Shown here: positions 37,076 to 51,170 of the stretch, piece after piece | Numbering within the stretch: position 1 is the stretch's first letter | How the letters are laid out: every line of letters begins with the position of its first letter | Origin: Octopus vulgaris | Taxonomy: Eukaryota | NCBI GenBank assembly: GCA_951406725.2 | Contig: OX597818.1 | Coordinates: forward strand, 10,726,001-10,790,000 | Reading direction: 5' to 3' | Length of the DNA stretch: 64,000 nucleotides | Made by a program: the position numbers and the translations under genes | Notes under the pieces: model-generated | What the model saw: only the letters and a program-made list of their open reading frames with translations | What the model was told of the DNA's origin: nothing | Database searches by the model: none

Positions 37076-38482
37076 TTTATATATATATATATTTATATAT
37101 GTATATATATGTGTGCGCACATGTGTGTTTGTGTGTGTGTGTGTGTGTGTTTCTGTCAATGTTTCCTCCCCTACTCAAAGAAGTGCCCCAGCATGGCCAC
37201 AGTCTAATGACTGAAACAAGTAAAAGATAAAAGAAAGTAGGTTGTGATTTAATAGATATTTGGCTACTGTTCCTAGCAGATCAGCAGACCACGTAAAGCA
37301 TACACTATTTTGTTTTTAATTAGAGATGTTTGTCTCATTGCTTAGTCCTATGTAAGCTGATCCACCAAACCAAGGTCAAAGACATTCCATCTGTGACCAT
37401 CTTGTCTTTAATTCTGACAATGTTCTCTCCTCTGCATTATAAAATGTGAATTGACAGAATAATTAGACCATCGGATAAAGTTCATTTTGGATCTCTGCAC
37501 TCTGGGTTCAAATGTCAATGGTATCAACTTTACATTTGGTCATTTTTTAGGGGTTGATAAATAAAGTACCAGTCCAATACCAAAGTTAATTCCCACCACC
37601 ACTTCTCTCAGAATTTTCCCTGTGATTCAAAGATTTAGCCTTGTGTCGTGATGATTCAGCCTGAGAATTAACAAACATTAAGGGTAACATTTCTGTGGAG
37701 CACTGTCACTTCCACATTAATTTCATGAATGAGAATTCAGTAAGTTGAACAATTAGATGTTCATCATCGAAACCAATGGAGGTTGCCCCTATCAAAAATG
37801 CCCTTCCATTTTTTTTTTTTTTTTTGAGATGGTAGGGTATGATTTGAAGGAAATTCAGCTGCCATTCTATCAGGTTAATTGATCAACCAGCCACATAAGG
37901 CCCCTTCTCTTTCATTGGCTCCAAGACTATCAGATCTCTGACTATGGTGGTCAATCAACTAGAAATGTTCCCAAGTCTGTCCATAAATTCAAATTAAAAT
38001 GTCACAATCACCTTCCTCTATTCTACTTTCATAAACTTTCTCATATTTATTTTATTTTTGTCATATTTTTTTTGTATCCAAGTTTCCTCTCTCTTCAGTC
38101 CTCTCTCTCTCTCTCTCCAAATTCTGTTTTGATTGATTATTTATTGAACAACTCTAAATATCTGAACAATATATTTCGGAGTACTGTTGATTCCTCTTTC
38201 TCTCTCCATTCTCAACTCTTTGGGTTGTTTTTTTTTTGGTTATGGAGGGAGGATATAATAGAGAGGGGTAAGAAGCTGAGAGAAAGTAAGGGGACAAAAA
38301 CTAACAAATAATAATAATAATAATAAAAATAAACATTTGGAGAAACTTTCATTGAATTTTTGTTTTTAAAATCACTGAAATGGTAAAAAAATAATCAGAT
38401 AACAGAAATAAATGCTTTCTACTATTTTCTCTTTTTTGTTATGTATCGTTTTTGCTATACTGCTTTGCTGTTTGTGTGTATG

Positions 38483-38540
<58 letters not shown>

Positions 38541-39318
38541 TTCTTAATCTATGGATTATTTTATCCAATCCTGGTGTCCATTAGATGAGACAACAAACTA
38601 GACAAGAGATAGATTGGCATAATAACAACACCCTAATTGGATTAGGAAGCAGGAACCTCTATACCATTCCCCCTCACACCCACCACTACCAGCCATAATT
38701 TCATTTAGATTGTCGATTCCGATTCTGTTTGTTTGTTTGTTTGTTTGTTTTGTGGTGACTTATTCTGTGCCCATCACTCCTCTTACCCCCATTTGCTCCA
38801 ATCCCACCTCCTGTCTCCCCCCCCCCGACTCTGAATCCCATCATATCTCCTCCTTTCCCTCACACAACCCATGCCCTTTCACGACACCCACATTTGCCTG
38901 GATTATAAACAGGCCACTGCCACCACGGTCACCCTCCTCGTATCCCCACCATCACAATTCACTGCAAGAAGACAACTACAACCATCAATATATTATTACG
39001 AGATATTTTATTGCATTTATATTTGTTTATATATTTCAAAGAACATGATTTGTGTGGTGGGTGCTTGTTGGTGCTGGTGGCCTTGGTGGTGTTGGTGGTG
39101 GTGGTGGTGACGACATGATGGTTGTTTAGTTTAGTGACAGGGTCATTTAACAGGTTTTGCTTGCTCTGGACTAAGAAAAAAACTCAGATGAAGGCAGGTG
39201 TGGTGGTGGTGATGGCAGTGGTGGGAGTTATTGTTGGAGGAGTTGTTTCTCCTTCACCTACACCAGACAACATTTGAGGCTGGTTGCCTTGTTATCAGAT
39301 CAGACAATAATAATAATG

Positions 39319-39386
<68 letters not shown>

Positions 39387-39569
39387 AACAATAATAACAA
39401 CAACAATAACAATCAAATGATAATGATTTATGTTGTTATTAAATTAATAAACAACTGCAATAATTAAATTTTGAGGAATAAATTATTACATTTATTTGTC
39501 TTGTCATTGGGAAGACTGGTAGAGCGACAGAAAAACTACCTTGTGGAGAAAGTTTTTAATTGTGTTTCT

Positions 39570-39910
39570 TTTCACTGTGAGTTCATATCTTGCCAAGGCT
39601 GACTTTCTCCACTTCCAACCTTTTGGGCCCAATAAAATAAAGTACCAGTAAAAAACTGAGGGTGATGTAATCAGCTGCTGCCTGTCCCCACAGTTTCTGG
39701 CCTTGTGCCTGTGTAGGCAATTCAGATGCAATACTTAGTAGCATTTCTTCCATTTCTGAATGTTCTGAGTTCAAATTCCATTGAGGTCAACTTTGCCTTT
39801 CGTCCTTTAATGAAATAAATAAAAATAAATACCAGTCAATTGATGAAGTCAGTGTAATCAACTTTGCCCCTCCCTTTAAAATTGCTGGCCTTCATCAAAA
39901 TAAGAAACAA
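39570..39910 (+). mobile_element. Two tandem family A SINE fragments
   Basis: Two GAGTTCA..GGTCAACTTT/GGCTGACTTT..AAGTACCAG..GGCCTT units. Confidence 0.7.
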
Positions 39911-41374
39911 CCACATATTCATGCCTGTGCTGCTCTTAATAAAAAAGGAAACACATGAAGTACTGTTGGCCAAGAACAAAAATAAATATGGTCATGGCTG
40001 AAGTACCTCTGATCATTGATTGGTTTCTTGGATCAAGGCTGATCTGAGATTCAGCAACAACCAATAGCCTATGGGTTCTTGAGAAGGCATGTAACAACCC
40101 ACTAGAGTTAGCAACCAAATCCCTTCAAATTACATTCTACCATCTTGATAAAAGGAAAGGACATTTTGAATAATAACAGTCCTTAGATATACAGAGAGAT
40201 AGGATCGTCACATTTGGAATGCCTTTCATCACAGGTCTACTGGATTATACAGAATTTTGATTAAGATTTTTTAGCCTATGCCTATCGTATTTCTTTGTTT
40301 CAAATACTTCTAATGTGGTCTTTTTTTGCTAGAGTGGGATTTGTTTAAAACCTGGTTGCTGTTTCTACCAGGACAAGCAACAACAAAAAGCTAGCACTTC
40401 TTTTCTAGTAGTGAACTTTATGAAATATTGCTCATTATTTAATGGGCCAAATGACTCAGACAGTAATTTAAGAAACATAACATGTAGTACAGATTACATC
40501 ATGTATTACAAGACAACCTCAGGACATTGGACCTTTTGGAGGATATAACAAAGGACTGAGATATCTGGTGCCTTACTGTACTGGTGCCTTGCTGTCCTCC
40601 ACAGCAGAAGTCTTAAGGTCACTCTCCCTGCCAAAGAGGATTGGCCTGAAAGAGTTCTATGCCAGTGCCATGTAAAAAGCACCCATGTTGGTGCCACTTA
40701 AAAGTGTTCATGCCAGTGCCACATTAAAAGCACTCAGCACACACTGTAAAGTGGTTGGTGTTAGGATAGGCATCCAGCTGAAGAAACCAAGCCAAATCAG
40801 ACTGGAACCTGGTGCAGCTCTCTGGCTTGCCAGCATGGAAAATAAATGTTAAAAGCTGATGATGTTGATGATGATAATAATTACACAAAGTAAATTCCAA
40901 AAAGTCTGAAAGAAGTCGCTGATAAATGAGAAGGGAAAGAGAAAGAAACAAAATTGATCTGATTAAGAGTTGGACCTAATGACTAGGTTGCACAAGTTTT
41001 GTAAAATGCTATGTTTATATACTTATGATACTACACGATCCATACAAAAAAGCATAAAAGCTCTGTATGTGACCTGAGTGCTGCAGCCGCCCATGTTCTC
41101 TTGTTGGCTTATTTCTAGGGTAGTTGATATGAAGGGAGTTGTAAAGCAATAACAAAACAAAGAATATACCTATTAGTTTCAAGTAATTAAGTAATTTTAG
41201 ATGACAACATAAGATAATTAGTGTGGATTTCTGGGGGTTCGTGTCCTAAAGTTTAAAGTTACTACAAACCACATAGTTTTTGCTCAAAACAAAATACTTG
41301 CAATGCAGTAGAACATAGTTGCATTTCACTGTAAAATAACATAAAATAACCATTTATTTTCTATTTCTGTTTTC

Positions 41375-41720
41375 TGTATGAAGGTTTGTATTTCACTAGA
41401 ATTTGTCTTGTTGAAATTGTAGACTACAAAGTGTTTCATGTTTCATACTGCATCCTATACGTACATGTAAGATATCTTGTACTGCTATATTTCTGTAGAA
41501 ATGGTAACCTCATCTGATCAACTTCATCATTTGGGAGTGATGGTGAGGAGAATTCTTAAAAGTGGTACTGAATTCTGTTTGTGGTAAAGCACCAGCAGCT
41601 GAAAGTGTTAAAATATGATTTGTTTTGCAAGCTTTTATCTACTTGGTGATTCTCTCATCAGTATTCAGCAATTATAGTGAAGATTATACTTTGCTGGGGG
41701 GGGGGGGGTCTGATAAAACC
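41375..41720 (-). mobile_element. Second copy of the 21505 repeat (possible Harbinger-like relic)
   Basis: GAAGGTTTGTATTTCACTAGAA...CTGCATCCTATACGTACATGTAA...GAGTGATGGTGAGG aligns with 21508-21680. Confidence 0.55.
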
Positions 41721-42139
41721 AAGCTATTCTCTGAGTTGTCTCTCGTACATTCCAAAATAGTTAAAGAAATATTAGCTTCTGTAGCATAGTCCTCAACTCA
41801 TGAATATGAGTGTGCTTCTGCATTTTTTTTTATGCAAATGGTCATCTTTGCAAGAAAAAGCAGCTAAATCTACCTCAAATTTCACCCTAGTAGTTTGTTT
41901 TTTTTTTAAATGGGAAAACATGGGATAATGTAGTTCTAAATATAGTATATCGAACAAGTCTGAGTAAATGACTCAGTGGAATTTGAACTCAGATCGTAAA
42001 GGGGGACAAAAATGCCATTAAGCATTTTAGCGATTCTGCCAGTTCACTTTACAACATCAAAATCTTATGACTGACTGGTCTTAAACTCTGCCGTAGCTTT
42101 TTGTAGAGAAGGTGAACTGGATGAATTATTAAGTAAGTG

Positions 42140-42620
42140 TCCTGATTAAGAACACAAGAGTGGATTCAAGCAACAGCCTTCATGACTGATTTTGGTAAGA
42201 TTTTTCCATGTAAAGTAAAGTAAAAAAAATCTTGTTGCTTGGTATGGTGGCACTTGCCACCAACAATAAAAAGACATTAGACCAGATGTTTCCATTTTCT
42301 CAGTGTCAGATGAAGAGCAAGGCCTCAAAATATAGTCCATACACTTTGTGAACTTATCAAACTTTTCTGTTGACTGATTGTAATTATTGTCAATGCAGAC
42401 CATCACCAATTTCCTTACTTCCCAAATTTTACCTTCTCTTGACTAATTGCCCTGCTCTGTCCACACATCTGTCTTTGCCCCTGTTTTGAAAAGAGGCTGT
42501 TTGTTACAAAAAAAATTTCAGTAAAACATCATTAACATTTCACAGTTGTTCTGCTGTATTAAAAATAGATTCTGTTCTTATGAAATCCAATAATAATAAT
42601 GATATTTTGCAGCTACTGTG
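42140..42620 (-). mobile_element. Possible ancient RTE LINE fragment
   Basis: Scattered minus-strand peptides (TAEQL, VDRA, KISHEG) occur in the same order as ATDQIC, VDRAI and QVIHEG in the intact LINE. Confidence 0.3.
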
Positions 42621-43498
42621 AACACTTTCAGAAGACAATGTAGGAGAGACTGAGGTTGGTTATGGACTCAGCACTTTGTTTATTTGCCTATAGTATCAAT
42701 TACCTGTTCAACAAGGGTGGGTTGTACATTTGATGCAAACCTAGTTGCTATTTCTAGCATGCCTAGTAACTACACAACAGTGCTCTCTTGCCCCATTGAA
42801 TGTCCTTGTGACCCGATTGCTGGCAGAAATATTTATTTATTCCTTCTCTGACTTTATTTCTCTTCATGAAAATAACTGGAGGTCTTCAAGTTGATAAGGC
42901 AAAATACACAGGTTTTACTACTGGGATATGAAAAAAGTAGTCCAAGTTAGATAACCAGTGTGTGTGTGTGTGCATCTGTATATTGCGACTAATAGCATTA
43001 TCATCACTATCACGACTACCACTACCAACACTATCATCCTCAGCATCCCAGTCTTATCATCATTCCCACTACAATGATGACAACCACCACCATTTATCAT
43101 TTCTCCACTCTTTCAATGTTTAGATTTTTTTTTCCACATGTTTGTCAGATCACAATATCCTTACGTCTGACTTCTTTGGTTTACCTCTGCTACAAACAGG
43201 TTCATGCCACTGATAGCAATCTTTCTAGCATTCATATCACATGTCCATACCAATGCAGTTCAGGGGCACGCTTCAGCTGATGCCCTTCATGCCAAACTGC
43301 TCTCCCCGCCTCTCTCTCCCCCCCTCTCTCTGATAAACACATCAGTTTACCTACACTTTGGTGCTCATATATAATTTTACATTTATTTCAAATGCAACAT
43401 TTACCATCTTCAAATAATCAAATTTAAATAAGTCGAGCAAGAACCAGCTGCTAAATCTCTCATATCTCAATATACCATCTTTAAATTAGAGAGAAGGA

Positions 43499-43637
<139 letters not shown>

Positions 43638-43647
43638 TAGATATATA

Positions 43648-44906
43648 TAAGATCATTAAGAATGAAATGTCCGATTTTGAACTGAAAGTTTATTTTACTT
43701 TATCTCAACAAAAAAGTGATGCAGTTAATCAAAGTATACACCTAAATTACCAATACAATTTTGCCATTTTATTGGTAGCTTATTTATGCCAGCAGCAAAG
43801 AATTATGTAGAGCAAGAGGGGATGAAATCACGAAGTGATGTTTTTGCATCTTCTTCAGATTTGAAATTTTATTCCTTGCAAAAAGTTGTCTAAAACCTGA
43901 AAAACATGACAGTCAGTTGGTATAAGGTCTGGTGAATATGGTGGATGACAGTACTTCCAAGTTTAGTTCCTGTAACTTCAGTAGCATTCTTTGTGCAACA
44001 TGTGGTTGAGTATTGTCTTGCAAGAGAATTGGCCTGTCTCTGATGACCAATCTTGGTTGTTTAATTGCAAGTTTACTCATCATTTCATCCAATTGGTTGA
44101 TGTATACATCCGCTTGCCAGGTTTCATGAAGCTGTAGTTGATGACACCAGCGCATGACCACTAAACAGACACCATTAGCCTTTTGGGTGAAGATTCCTTT
44201 TTGGATTATGCTTTGGCACTTCGTTTCTATCCAACCACCATGCAGAATGCCTGCTGTTGTTGAAAAGAATCCATTTTTCATCACACATACCAATACCCTG
44301 CAAAAATGGTTTGCTTTTATGCCATAACAGCAAAGAACAGCAAGTTTCAAGACAACATGTCATTTGATGCTTGTTCAGTTCATGGGGTATCCACTTGTCC
44401 AGCTTCTTTACTTTGCCAATTTATTTCAGATGGTCCAATACAGTTGGAATCAAAACATCAAACTTGCTGCTAACTGATGCGTAGTTTGAGATGTATCCAC
44501 TTCCACTAGTTTCCAGCTCATCATTATCCACCTTGGTCTCAGGTCTACCATGGGGAGGATTTTCAAGAGTAAAGTCAACAGACCAGAACTTCTCAAACCA
44601 TCGGCGTACAGTGTGCTTATTGACCACACCTCATTGATGTTTCAAGCTGTCTGGGATGCATTGGTTCCACAATGGAACTCATATTCATAAACAACACAAA
44701 TTTTTTATCTATCCATGGGTTTGCAAAAAATGATTTACAAGAGAAAACTTACAATATAATCAGACACCATGAACTGCATTTTGAAAAGTAATGATGTGAT
44801 TCTCCAATGTTGTCAGACAAAGAATTGTTATGATAAAACATTAAAGTTAACAACTGTCAAACTTGGTACATAAGTTAAATCGGACATTTCATTCTTAATG
44901 ACCTGA
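43648..44906 (-). mobile_element. Near full-length decayed mariner transposon (transposase pseudogene)
   Basis: TIRs TCATTAAGAATGAAATGTCCGATTT at both ends with TA flanks. Motifs RRWFEKF..GRP, WIPHEL, CDEKW, QDNTQPH and YSPDL are split over several frames. Confidence 0.93.
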
Positions 44907-44989
44907 TACAATTTGAGATGAACTATATTTTAAAAGGCAATATGCTAATGGCTAGAATCGCCACCAGGGTTTCTTCGTATGGCTGGGTT

Positions 44990-45262
44990 CCAACCCAGCT
45001 GCAGCAACAAAGTCCACCTGTCACATTTCTTGGTTCAACATCACTGCCACCAGATCCTGAATACATTCCAGGCCAGTGTCTGTGATCAAGCTACCGATGT
45101 AAGTTTGATGACATTTTTCTCTTCTTACATCACCATAAAGCAGGTTCCACAAAACTAATTTGGATGCTTCCAGTTCAGGGTGGTGCATGTAGTGATTAGA
45201 TAGTTGCAGCTGTTTTCGCCTGATCTTCTTATTAACTTTCAGCAGGTCTCCATAAAGGCTGC
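44990..45262 (-). mobile_element. RTE-group LINE C-terminal remnant (a different family from 5776-9117)
   Basis: LYGDLLKVNKKIRRKQLQLSNHYMHHPELEASKLVLW...TYIGSLITDTGL..DLVAVMLNQEM resembles RTE/RTEX C-termini. Confidence 0.65.
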
Positions 45263-45552
45263 TCTGAAGCTCAACAGCAATAACACAACAAATACAACAG
45301 ACAAAGTAGAGATTAAAACCTCTGCATAGTTGCATGGGCCGCTTGAAATAGCATCCCAAATTCCCTCAAATCACTTTACCAGCTTTGGATAATGTGATCC
45401 CAAATATACTGTGACTGAGCAAAAGACCAGTCTGTAGTTCTTCTCATTACAATATGTCCTTAGAAGTATGGAAGGTTGCTGCTGTTTGGTCTCAGGTCAA
45501 CCTTGGCCAAAGGCATTCCAAATATGACTGTCCCATCTTTTAAATGCGTGAA

Positions 45553-45720
45553 AGTGCAGACATGGCTGTATAGTAAAAGTTTTGCTTCCTAACTACATGA
45601 TTCGAGGTTTAGTCCTCACTGCATAGCACCTTGGGTAAGTGTCTTCTACTATAGCCCCACGCCAACCAAAACCTTGTGAGTGGATTTGGTAGAAGGAAAA
45701 TGAAAAGACCCGACCGTGTA
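45553..45720 (+). mobile_element. Family B SINE head half ending in (TA)n
   Basis: GCACCTTGGGTAAGTGTCTTCTACTATAGCC...GTGAGTGGATTTGGTAGA. Confidence 0.8.
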
Positions 45721-45722
45721 AG

Positions 45723-45797
<75 letters not shown>

Positions 45798-45809
45798 ATT
45801 AAATTTTTT

Positions 45810-46143
45810 GTGAAGGTGCATAGTTCAGTGGTTAGAGTGTCGAGCTTACAATCGTGAGGTTGTGAGTTCGAATCCCGGACTGGGCCGCATGTTGTGTTCT
45901 TGGGCAAGGCACTTTATTTCACATTGCTCCTGTTCACTCAGCTGCAGAAATGAGTTGCGACATCACAGGTCCCAAGCTGTATTGGCCTTTGCCTTTCCCT
46001 TGGATAACACTGGTGGCGTGGAAAGGGGAGGCCAGTATGCATGGGCGACTGCTGGTCTTCCATAAACAACCTTGCCCAGACTTGTGTCAGGAGGGTAACT
46101 TCCTGGGTGCAATCCCATGGTTAGTCATGACTGAAGGGGCTCT
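45810..46143 (+). mobile_element. Family C tRNA-SINE, full length (tail 1)
   Basis: A box TAGTTCAGTGGT, B box GAGTTCGAATCC, core TTGTGTTCTTGGGCAAGGCACTTTATTTCAC. Confidence 0.9.
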
Positions 46144-46184
46144 CCACATATTAAATTTATGTGTACGTGTTTGTCTCCCCACCA

Positions 46185-46600
46185 GGCAGAATGCTTAGCA
46201 CCATTTCATCCATCTTCACATTCTGATTTCATATTCCACTGAGGTTGACTTTATCATTTCATCCTTTCAAGGTTGATAAAACAAGTCTCTGTTGAGCACT
46301 GGGGTCAATGTAATTGACTTCTCTCCTCCACCTAGAATTTCTGGTTTTATGCCAAAATTTGAAATGAATATCTAAATGGGATCGAAGGTGGCAAGCTGGC
46401 AGAATCATTAGCACACCAGGCAAAATACTTAGTGGCATTTAGTCCATCTTGATGTTCTGAGTTCAAATTCCACTGAGGTCGACTTTACCTTTTATCCTTC
46501 AGGGTTGATAAAATAAGTACCAATTGAGCACTGGGGTTGATATAATCAATTTTTCCCCTTTCCCAAACCTTCTGGCCTTGTGCCAAAATTTTAAACCAAT
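46185..46600 (+). mobile_element. Two tandem family A SINEs
   Basis: Two TTCCACTGAGGTYGACTTTA..CCTT..GGTTGATAAAA units. Confidence 0.8.
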
Positions 46601-46610
46601 ATTGCAATTC

Positions 46611-46658
<48 letters not shown>

Positions 46659-47673
46659 GAGAGAAGAGAGTGCCTCTGCACACTCAGTGAATTTGTTACA
46701 AACAGCAACAAAATGTTTAAATGCCATTCTAATGTGTAAAAAGAGAAAAAACCAATTGCATAATATGGTCTTGAAGACACACTGCTTTAAAAAATTGGAA
46801 TGGTTATGACTTGAGCATTATAGATCATAGGTCCGTTGAATCAGGGTTGACTTGATGGTAAATGGAAAAGAAGTAAACTTTTGATCAAAGAGATTTCAAC
46901 CATGACCCTCCCATCTTTTTGCCATGTGCCAGGGACCTAGAATCACAATATCCAAGGTATCATTTTTCAGTAATAGTACAATGTCTTTTGAAGGTGGTTT
47001 GGCTTTTATTTCTAGCCAGTCAAGTGAATATATATTGAATATATTGTATTATTGTTGTTGATGTTTAACCCCAGTTAGCCTTTATCTAATAGACCTTTAA
47101 TCAAAGATATCTTAAACAAGACCCCATCTTTTTGTCAGTTGCCAGGAAGTTTGTAACACTAGATCACAATATCCAAGGCATCCTTCTTCAGTGATAGTAC
47201 AATATGTTTTGGAGATGATTTGGTTGTTATTACTAACCAGTCGAGTAACAACATAGAGGCTTTCTTTTTGGCCTGATTTGTAGAAGTACTCAAGTTGTGT
47301 ATCAGTTGGATATGGTTTCAACTCAAACAACAGTCAGCTGTTAATCCCCAGCTGCCTACCATGATAAGTTCAACAAATCTAGGCTTTCATGTCAGTTTTT
47401 CAATTTCTTTCATCCATCATGTTTCCCCAAGAATGTGTGTGTATGTGTGTGAGTGTGTGTGTGCATGCACACGTGCACATGTAATAGAAAGTGTTTTTGA
47501 GTGAATTACTATGTGTGTGTTTATGAGAGAGAAAGAGAGAGGACGTTTGTGTTTTTGTGTGTGTGTGTGTTTATATCTACTTGTGTATGGAATTATCTGT
47601 TAGAGCAATTGTGTTTATGGCCATGTGTCAAGTGTTTACAAGAGAATGAATAATTAGTATAGCTACACATACA

Positions 47674-47709
<36 letters not shown>

Positions 47710-47849
47710 AAGAAAAATATCACACTTAAGGGTATGATGATATTGCGACTCTCTTTTCACAAGAAAGTATATTCCTATATGTTATCTTGCTTTACAGCAC
47801 TGAATGTTATACATTATGAAATATGAAAAGTGATACTGTATGATAGGGC

Positions 47850-47920
<71 letters not shown>

Positions 47921-48319
47921 ACGTACAAAGTTTGTTTTATCCATTACATACAAGGATATGCTGGTGCGCTCTTTATATATAAAGAGTGCTCTAGCATACA
48001 CACATATATATATATATATAAACACACACACATATAAAATGGTTTAGTGGGTAATAGATAATGTAACATAATAATCAAATGTTATCTGATGTTGTTTCTG
48101 TTTGGACCCAGATTAGTCCTAATTGACTGATATTTATTCAAAGTCATTTCAGCCGTCCATTAGACATCCAGGGCCATGTAATTTTATTGTATTTCTTCAT
48201 TGTTAAAAATAATAAAGTGTGATCTGAGGAGATTTTGTTACTATTTTTAGTTGATTGGGTGACCACATAGAGATTATCTAGTTGATATGGTATAATGTTT
48301 ACACTAACTACTCCCACTC

Positions 48320-48608
48320 TTGGTTACAACAAGGTTTCCAGTTGACGTGATCAGTGGAACAGTCTGCTCGTGAAATTAATGTGCAAGTGGCCGAGCACTC
48401 CACAGATATGTGTACCCTTAACGTAGTTCTCAGGGAGATTCAGCATGACACAGAGTGTGATCAGCCTGGCCATCTAAAATACAGGTACTACTCATTTTTG
48501 CCAGCTGAGTGGACTGGAGTAACGTGAAATAACATGTCGCTGGGTATCGAACTCCCGACCTGGCAATCATGAGCTGAATACGCTAACCACTAAGCCATGC
48601 ACTTTCAC
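48320..48608 (-). mobile_element. Family C-type SINE with tail 2
   Basis: Homologous to 23523-24045 without the MITE. Confidence 0.85.
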
Positions 48609-48760
48609 AATGTTTGCAGTATATGTAGGAAAGAACACTAGACAAAATAATACCATGTGGCTCAAACAAATCCAGAATCTGCCTTTCCTAACAACTAATA
48701 ATTATAAGCACTTTTTTTTTGCTTTTTTGTTTATTCTTCTGTTATTATGGTATCAGTTTC

Positions 48761-48995
48761 GTATTTCTTTATTGCCCACGAGGGGCTAAACATAGAGGGG
48801 ACAAACAAGGATAGACAAAGGGATTAAGTTGATTACATCAATCCCAGTGCATAACTGGTACTTAATTCATCGACCCCAAAAGGACGAAGGGCAAAGTCAA
48901 CCTTGGGGGAATTGGAACTCAGAACGCAGCAGCGGACAAAATACCACAAAGCATTTCGCTTGGCATGCTAACGTTTCTGCCAGCTTGCCACCTTA
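48761..48995 (-). mobile_element. Family A SINE (long-tail variant) with TSD
   Basis: TSD ATGGTATCAGTTTC at 48747-48760 and 48996-49009. Confidence 0.9.
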
Positions 48996-49041
48996 ATGGT
49001 ATCAGTTTCTATGTTCTTCCTCTCTGAATAAGCACATATAT

Positions 49042-49642
49042 TTAACCCTTTACCATTCAGGCGCAGGAGTGGCTGTGTGGTAAGTAGCTTGTTTACCAAC
49101 CACATGGTTCTGGGTTCAGTCCCACTGCGTGGCACCTTGGGCAAGTGTCTTCTACTATAGCCTCGGGCCGACCAAAGCCTTGTGAGTGGATTTGGTAGAC
49201 GGAAACTGAAAGAAGCCCGTCGTATATATGTATATATATGTATGTGCGTGTGTGTTTGTGTGTCTGTGTTTGTCCCCCCACCATTGTGTTTACGTCCCCG
49301 TAACTTAGCGGTTCAGCAAAAGAGACTGATAGAATAAGTAATAGGCTTACAAAGAATAAGTCCTGGGGTCGATTTACTCGACTAGAAGGCGGTGCTCCAG
49401 CATGGCCGCAGTCAAATGACTGAAACAAGTAAAAGAAAGATTACTCTGTCAAATGTAACACTTTTTTATTCACATTGTTTTAAATTCATCATGCATTATC
49501 TCATAGCTTTGAGATTTCAATGATGTGAATGCATGTTATTTGAATGACATTATAGGCTAGGTGTAAGAGACTGGATCTGTTTAGTTTGAATATAAAACAA
49601 ATAAAATATTTTAGCCAGTTGGTTTAAATGTTAAGGTGTTAA
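49042..49642. mobile_element. piggyBac-type MITE (P1) interrupted by a full family B SINE (49060-49440, +)
   Basis: TTAACCCTTTACCATTCAG | SINE | TTACTCTGTCAAATGTAA...AATGTTAAGGTGTTAA. Confidence 0.88.
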
Positions 49643-50134
49643 AGCTTTGGGCTTTTTCACTCCTCACAATAAAGTAACTGACTTTACTATTTTTTTCTAT
49701 GAACTTACATATAACTTCTGCTATAGAGCATCACCAATTGCTTTGTGTTCTGGATCTTACTTTAATAATGAAAATAGGGTAACAGTTGTATTTTATAATA
49801 TCATATGACATACGTATCGAGTTTCAATGTTGTATATAATTTGGGGATGAGAAGACAGTGTTCTAAGAAATAGGAATAATAATGATTTTTAACCATGGGT
49901 CAAGGTCAGAAGTTTTAGGAAAATTTTATTATCATTTGAATGTAATTGATGCAGGCAGTGAATTGAAAGAATATATAATAGAGATTTTAGCTGTTTTTCC
50001 AGATCAACTTCCATCATAAATGACATGACATGGAAACTAAACCAGCTCTATCTGTGCATTAGTCTTTCATTCTCTCTCCTTCTCTTCCCCCCCAACACTA
50101 ACACTCACACACATATGGATATAGATATACGTAT

Positions 50135-50172
<38 letters not shown>

Positions 50173-50276
50173 GCCAACCTGAATGAATAGCATAGCAAGT
50201 AGGGCAAATTCACAAGACAATGTCAGCTTCAAAAATAGTGCTCGGCAGAATCCATGTGTGTGTGTGTGTATTTATA

Positions 50277-50330
<54 letters not shown>

Positions 50331-50416
50331 ATGAAAATATAAATATATATGCACATACACATTATATATATATATATATCTGTAAATATAATATGTGACA
50401 TTTATTCGGTAGCCAT

Positions 50417-50477
50417 GATAAAACTTTGAGTTTTGGATGTCAGGGTGGAAACTCACGCTGCTATCTCTTCAGTTATC
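50417..50477 (-). ncRNA. Decayed type I hammerhead ribozyme motif (Penelope-like element end)
   Basis: Minus strand: GATAA-CTGAAGA-GATAGCAG...CTGACATCC-AAAA-CTCAAAG-TT-TTATC. The GAAA core reads AAAA. Confidence 0.5.
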
Positions 50478-50557
50478 CAGCCATCGAAAAAATGCTATGA
50501 AAATGACCATTAAACAAAGGGAAATTATTGTGTGATTGACCGTTATTAAGACAAAAG

Positions 50558-51170
50558 AGCTTACCAACCACATGGTTCTAGTCCTGCTGCATGGCACCTT
50601 GGGCAAGTGCCTTCTACCATAGCCTTGGGCCACCCAAAGCCTTGTGAGGGGATTTGGAAGACAGAAACTGAAAGAAGCCCGTCATATATGTGTGTGTGTA
50701 TGTGTGTCTGTATTTGTACCCCCTTGTATCACTTGACAACCCATGTTGGTGTGTTTACATCCCTGTAACTTAGCGGTCTGGCAAAAGAGACCAATAGGAT
50801 AAGTACTAGGATTACAAAGAATAAGTCTTGAGGTCGATTTGTTTGACTAAAGGTGGTGTTCCAGCATGACCACAGTAAAATTACTGAGACAAATAAAAGA
50901 ATAAAAGAGGATATATATATATATATATATATATATAAGGCGGTGCTCCAGCATGGCTGCAGTTAAATTACTGAAACAAGTAAAAGAGTATATATATATA
51001 TATATATATGTTTGAGAAGTCTGCTTCCCAGCTGCATATTTTGAATTCAGTCCTATCATATGGCACCATTGGCAAATGTCTTCTCTTATAGCTCCAAGGC
51101 CAACCAAAGCCTTGTGAGTAGATAAGGTAAACAGAAACTTAAAAAAGACTGGCATGTATATATGTATGTG
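50558..51170 (+). mobile_element. Family B SINE cluster: one copy, a duplicated tail and another head half
   Basis: Tail AAGGYGGTGYTCCAGCATG...AAGTAAAAGA at ~50850 and ~50937, each followed by (TA)n; new head at ~51015. Confidence 0.8.

Noticed and set aside
38632-38646. Palindromic paired-homeodomain P3 site CCTAATTGGATTAGG
   Set aside because: TAATNNNATTA is expected several times by chance in 64 kb of AT-rich DNA; no other support.
45810-45885. tRNA genes (also 56659, 24446, 15490-15560)
   Set aside because: The A/B-box heads continue into multi-copy SINE bodies and lack a proper acceptor stem and terminator.
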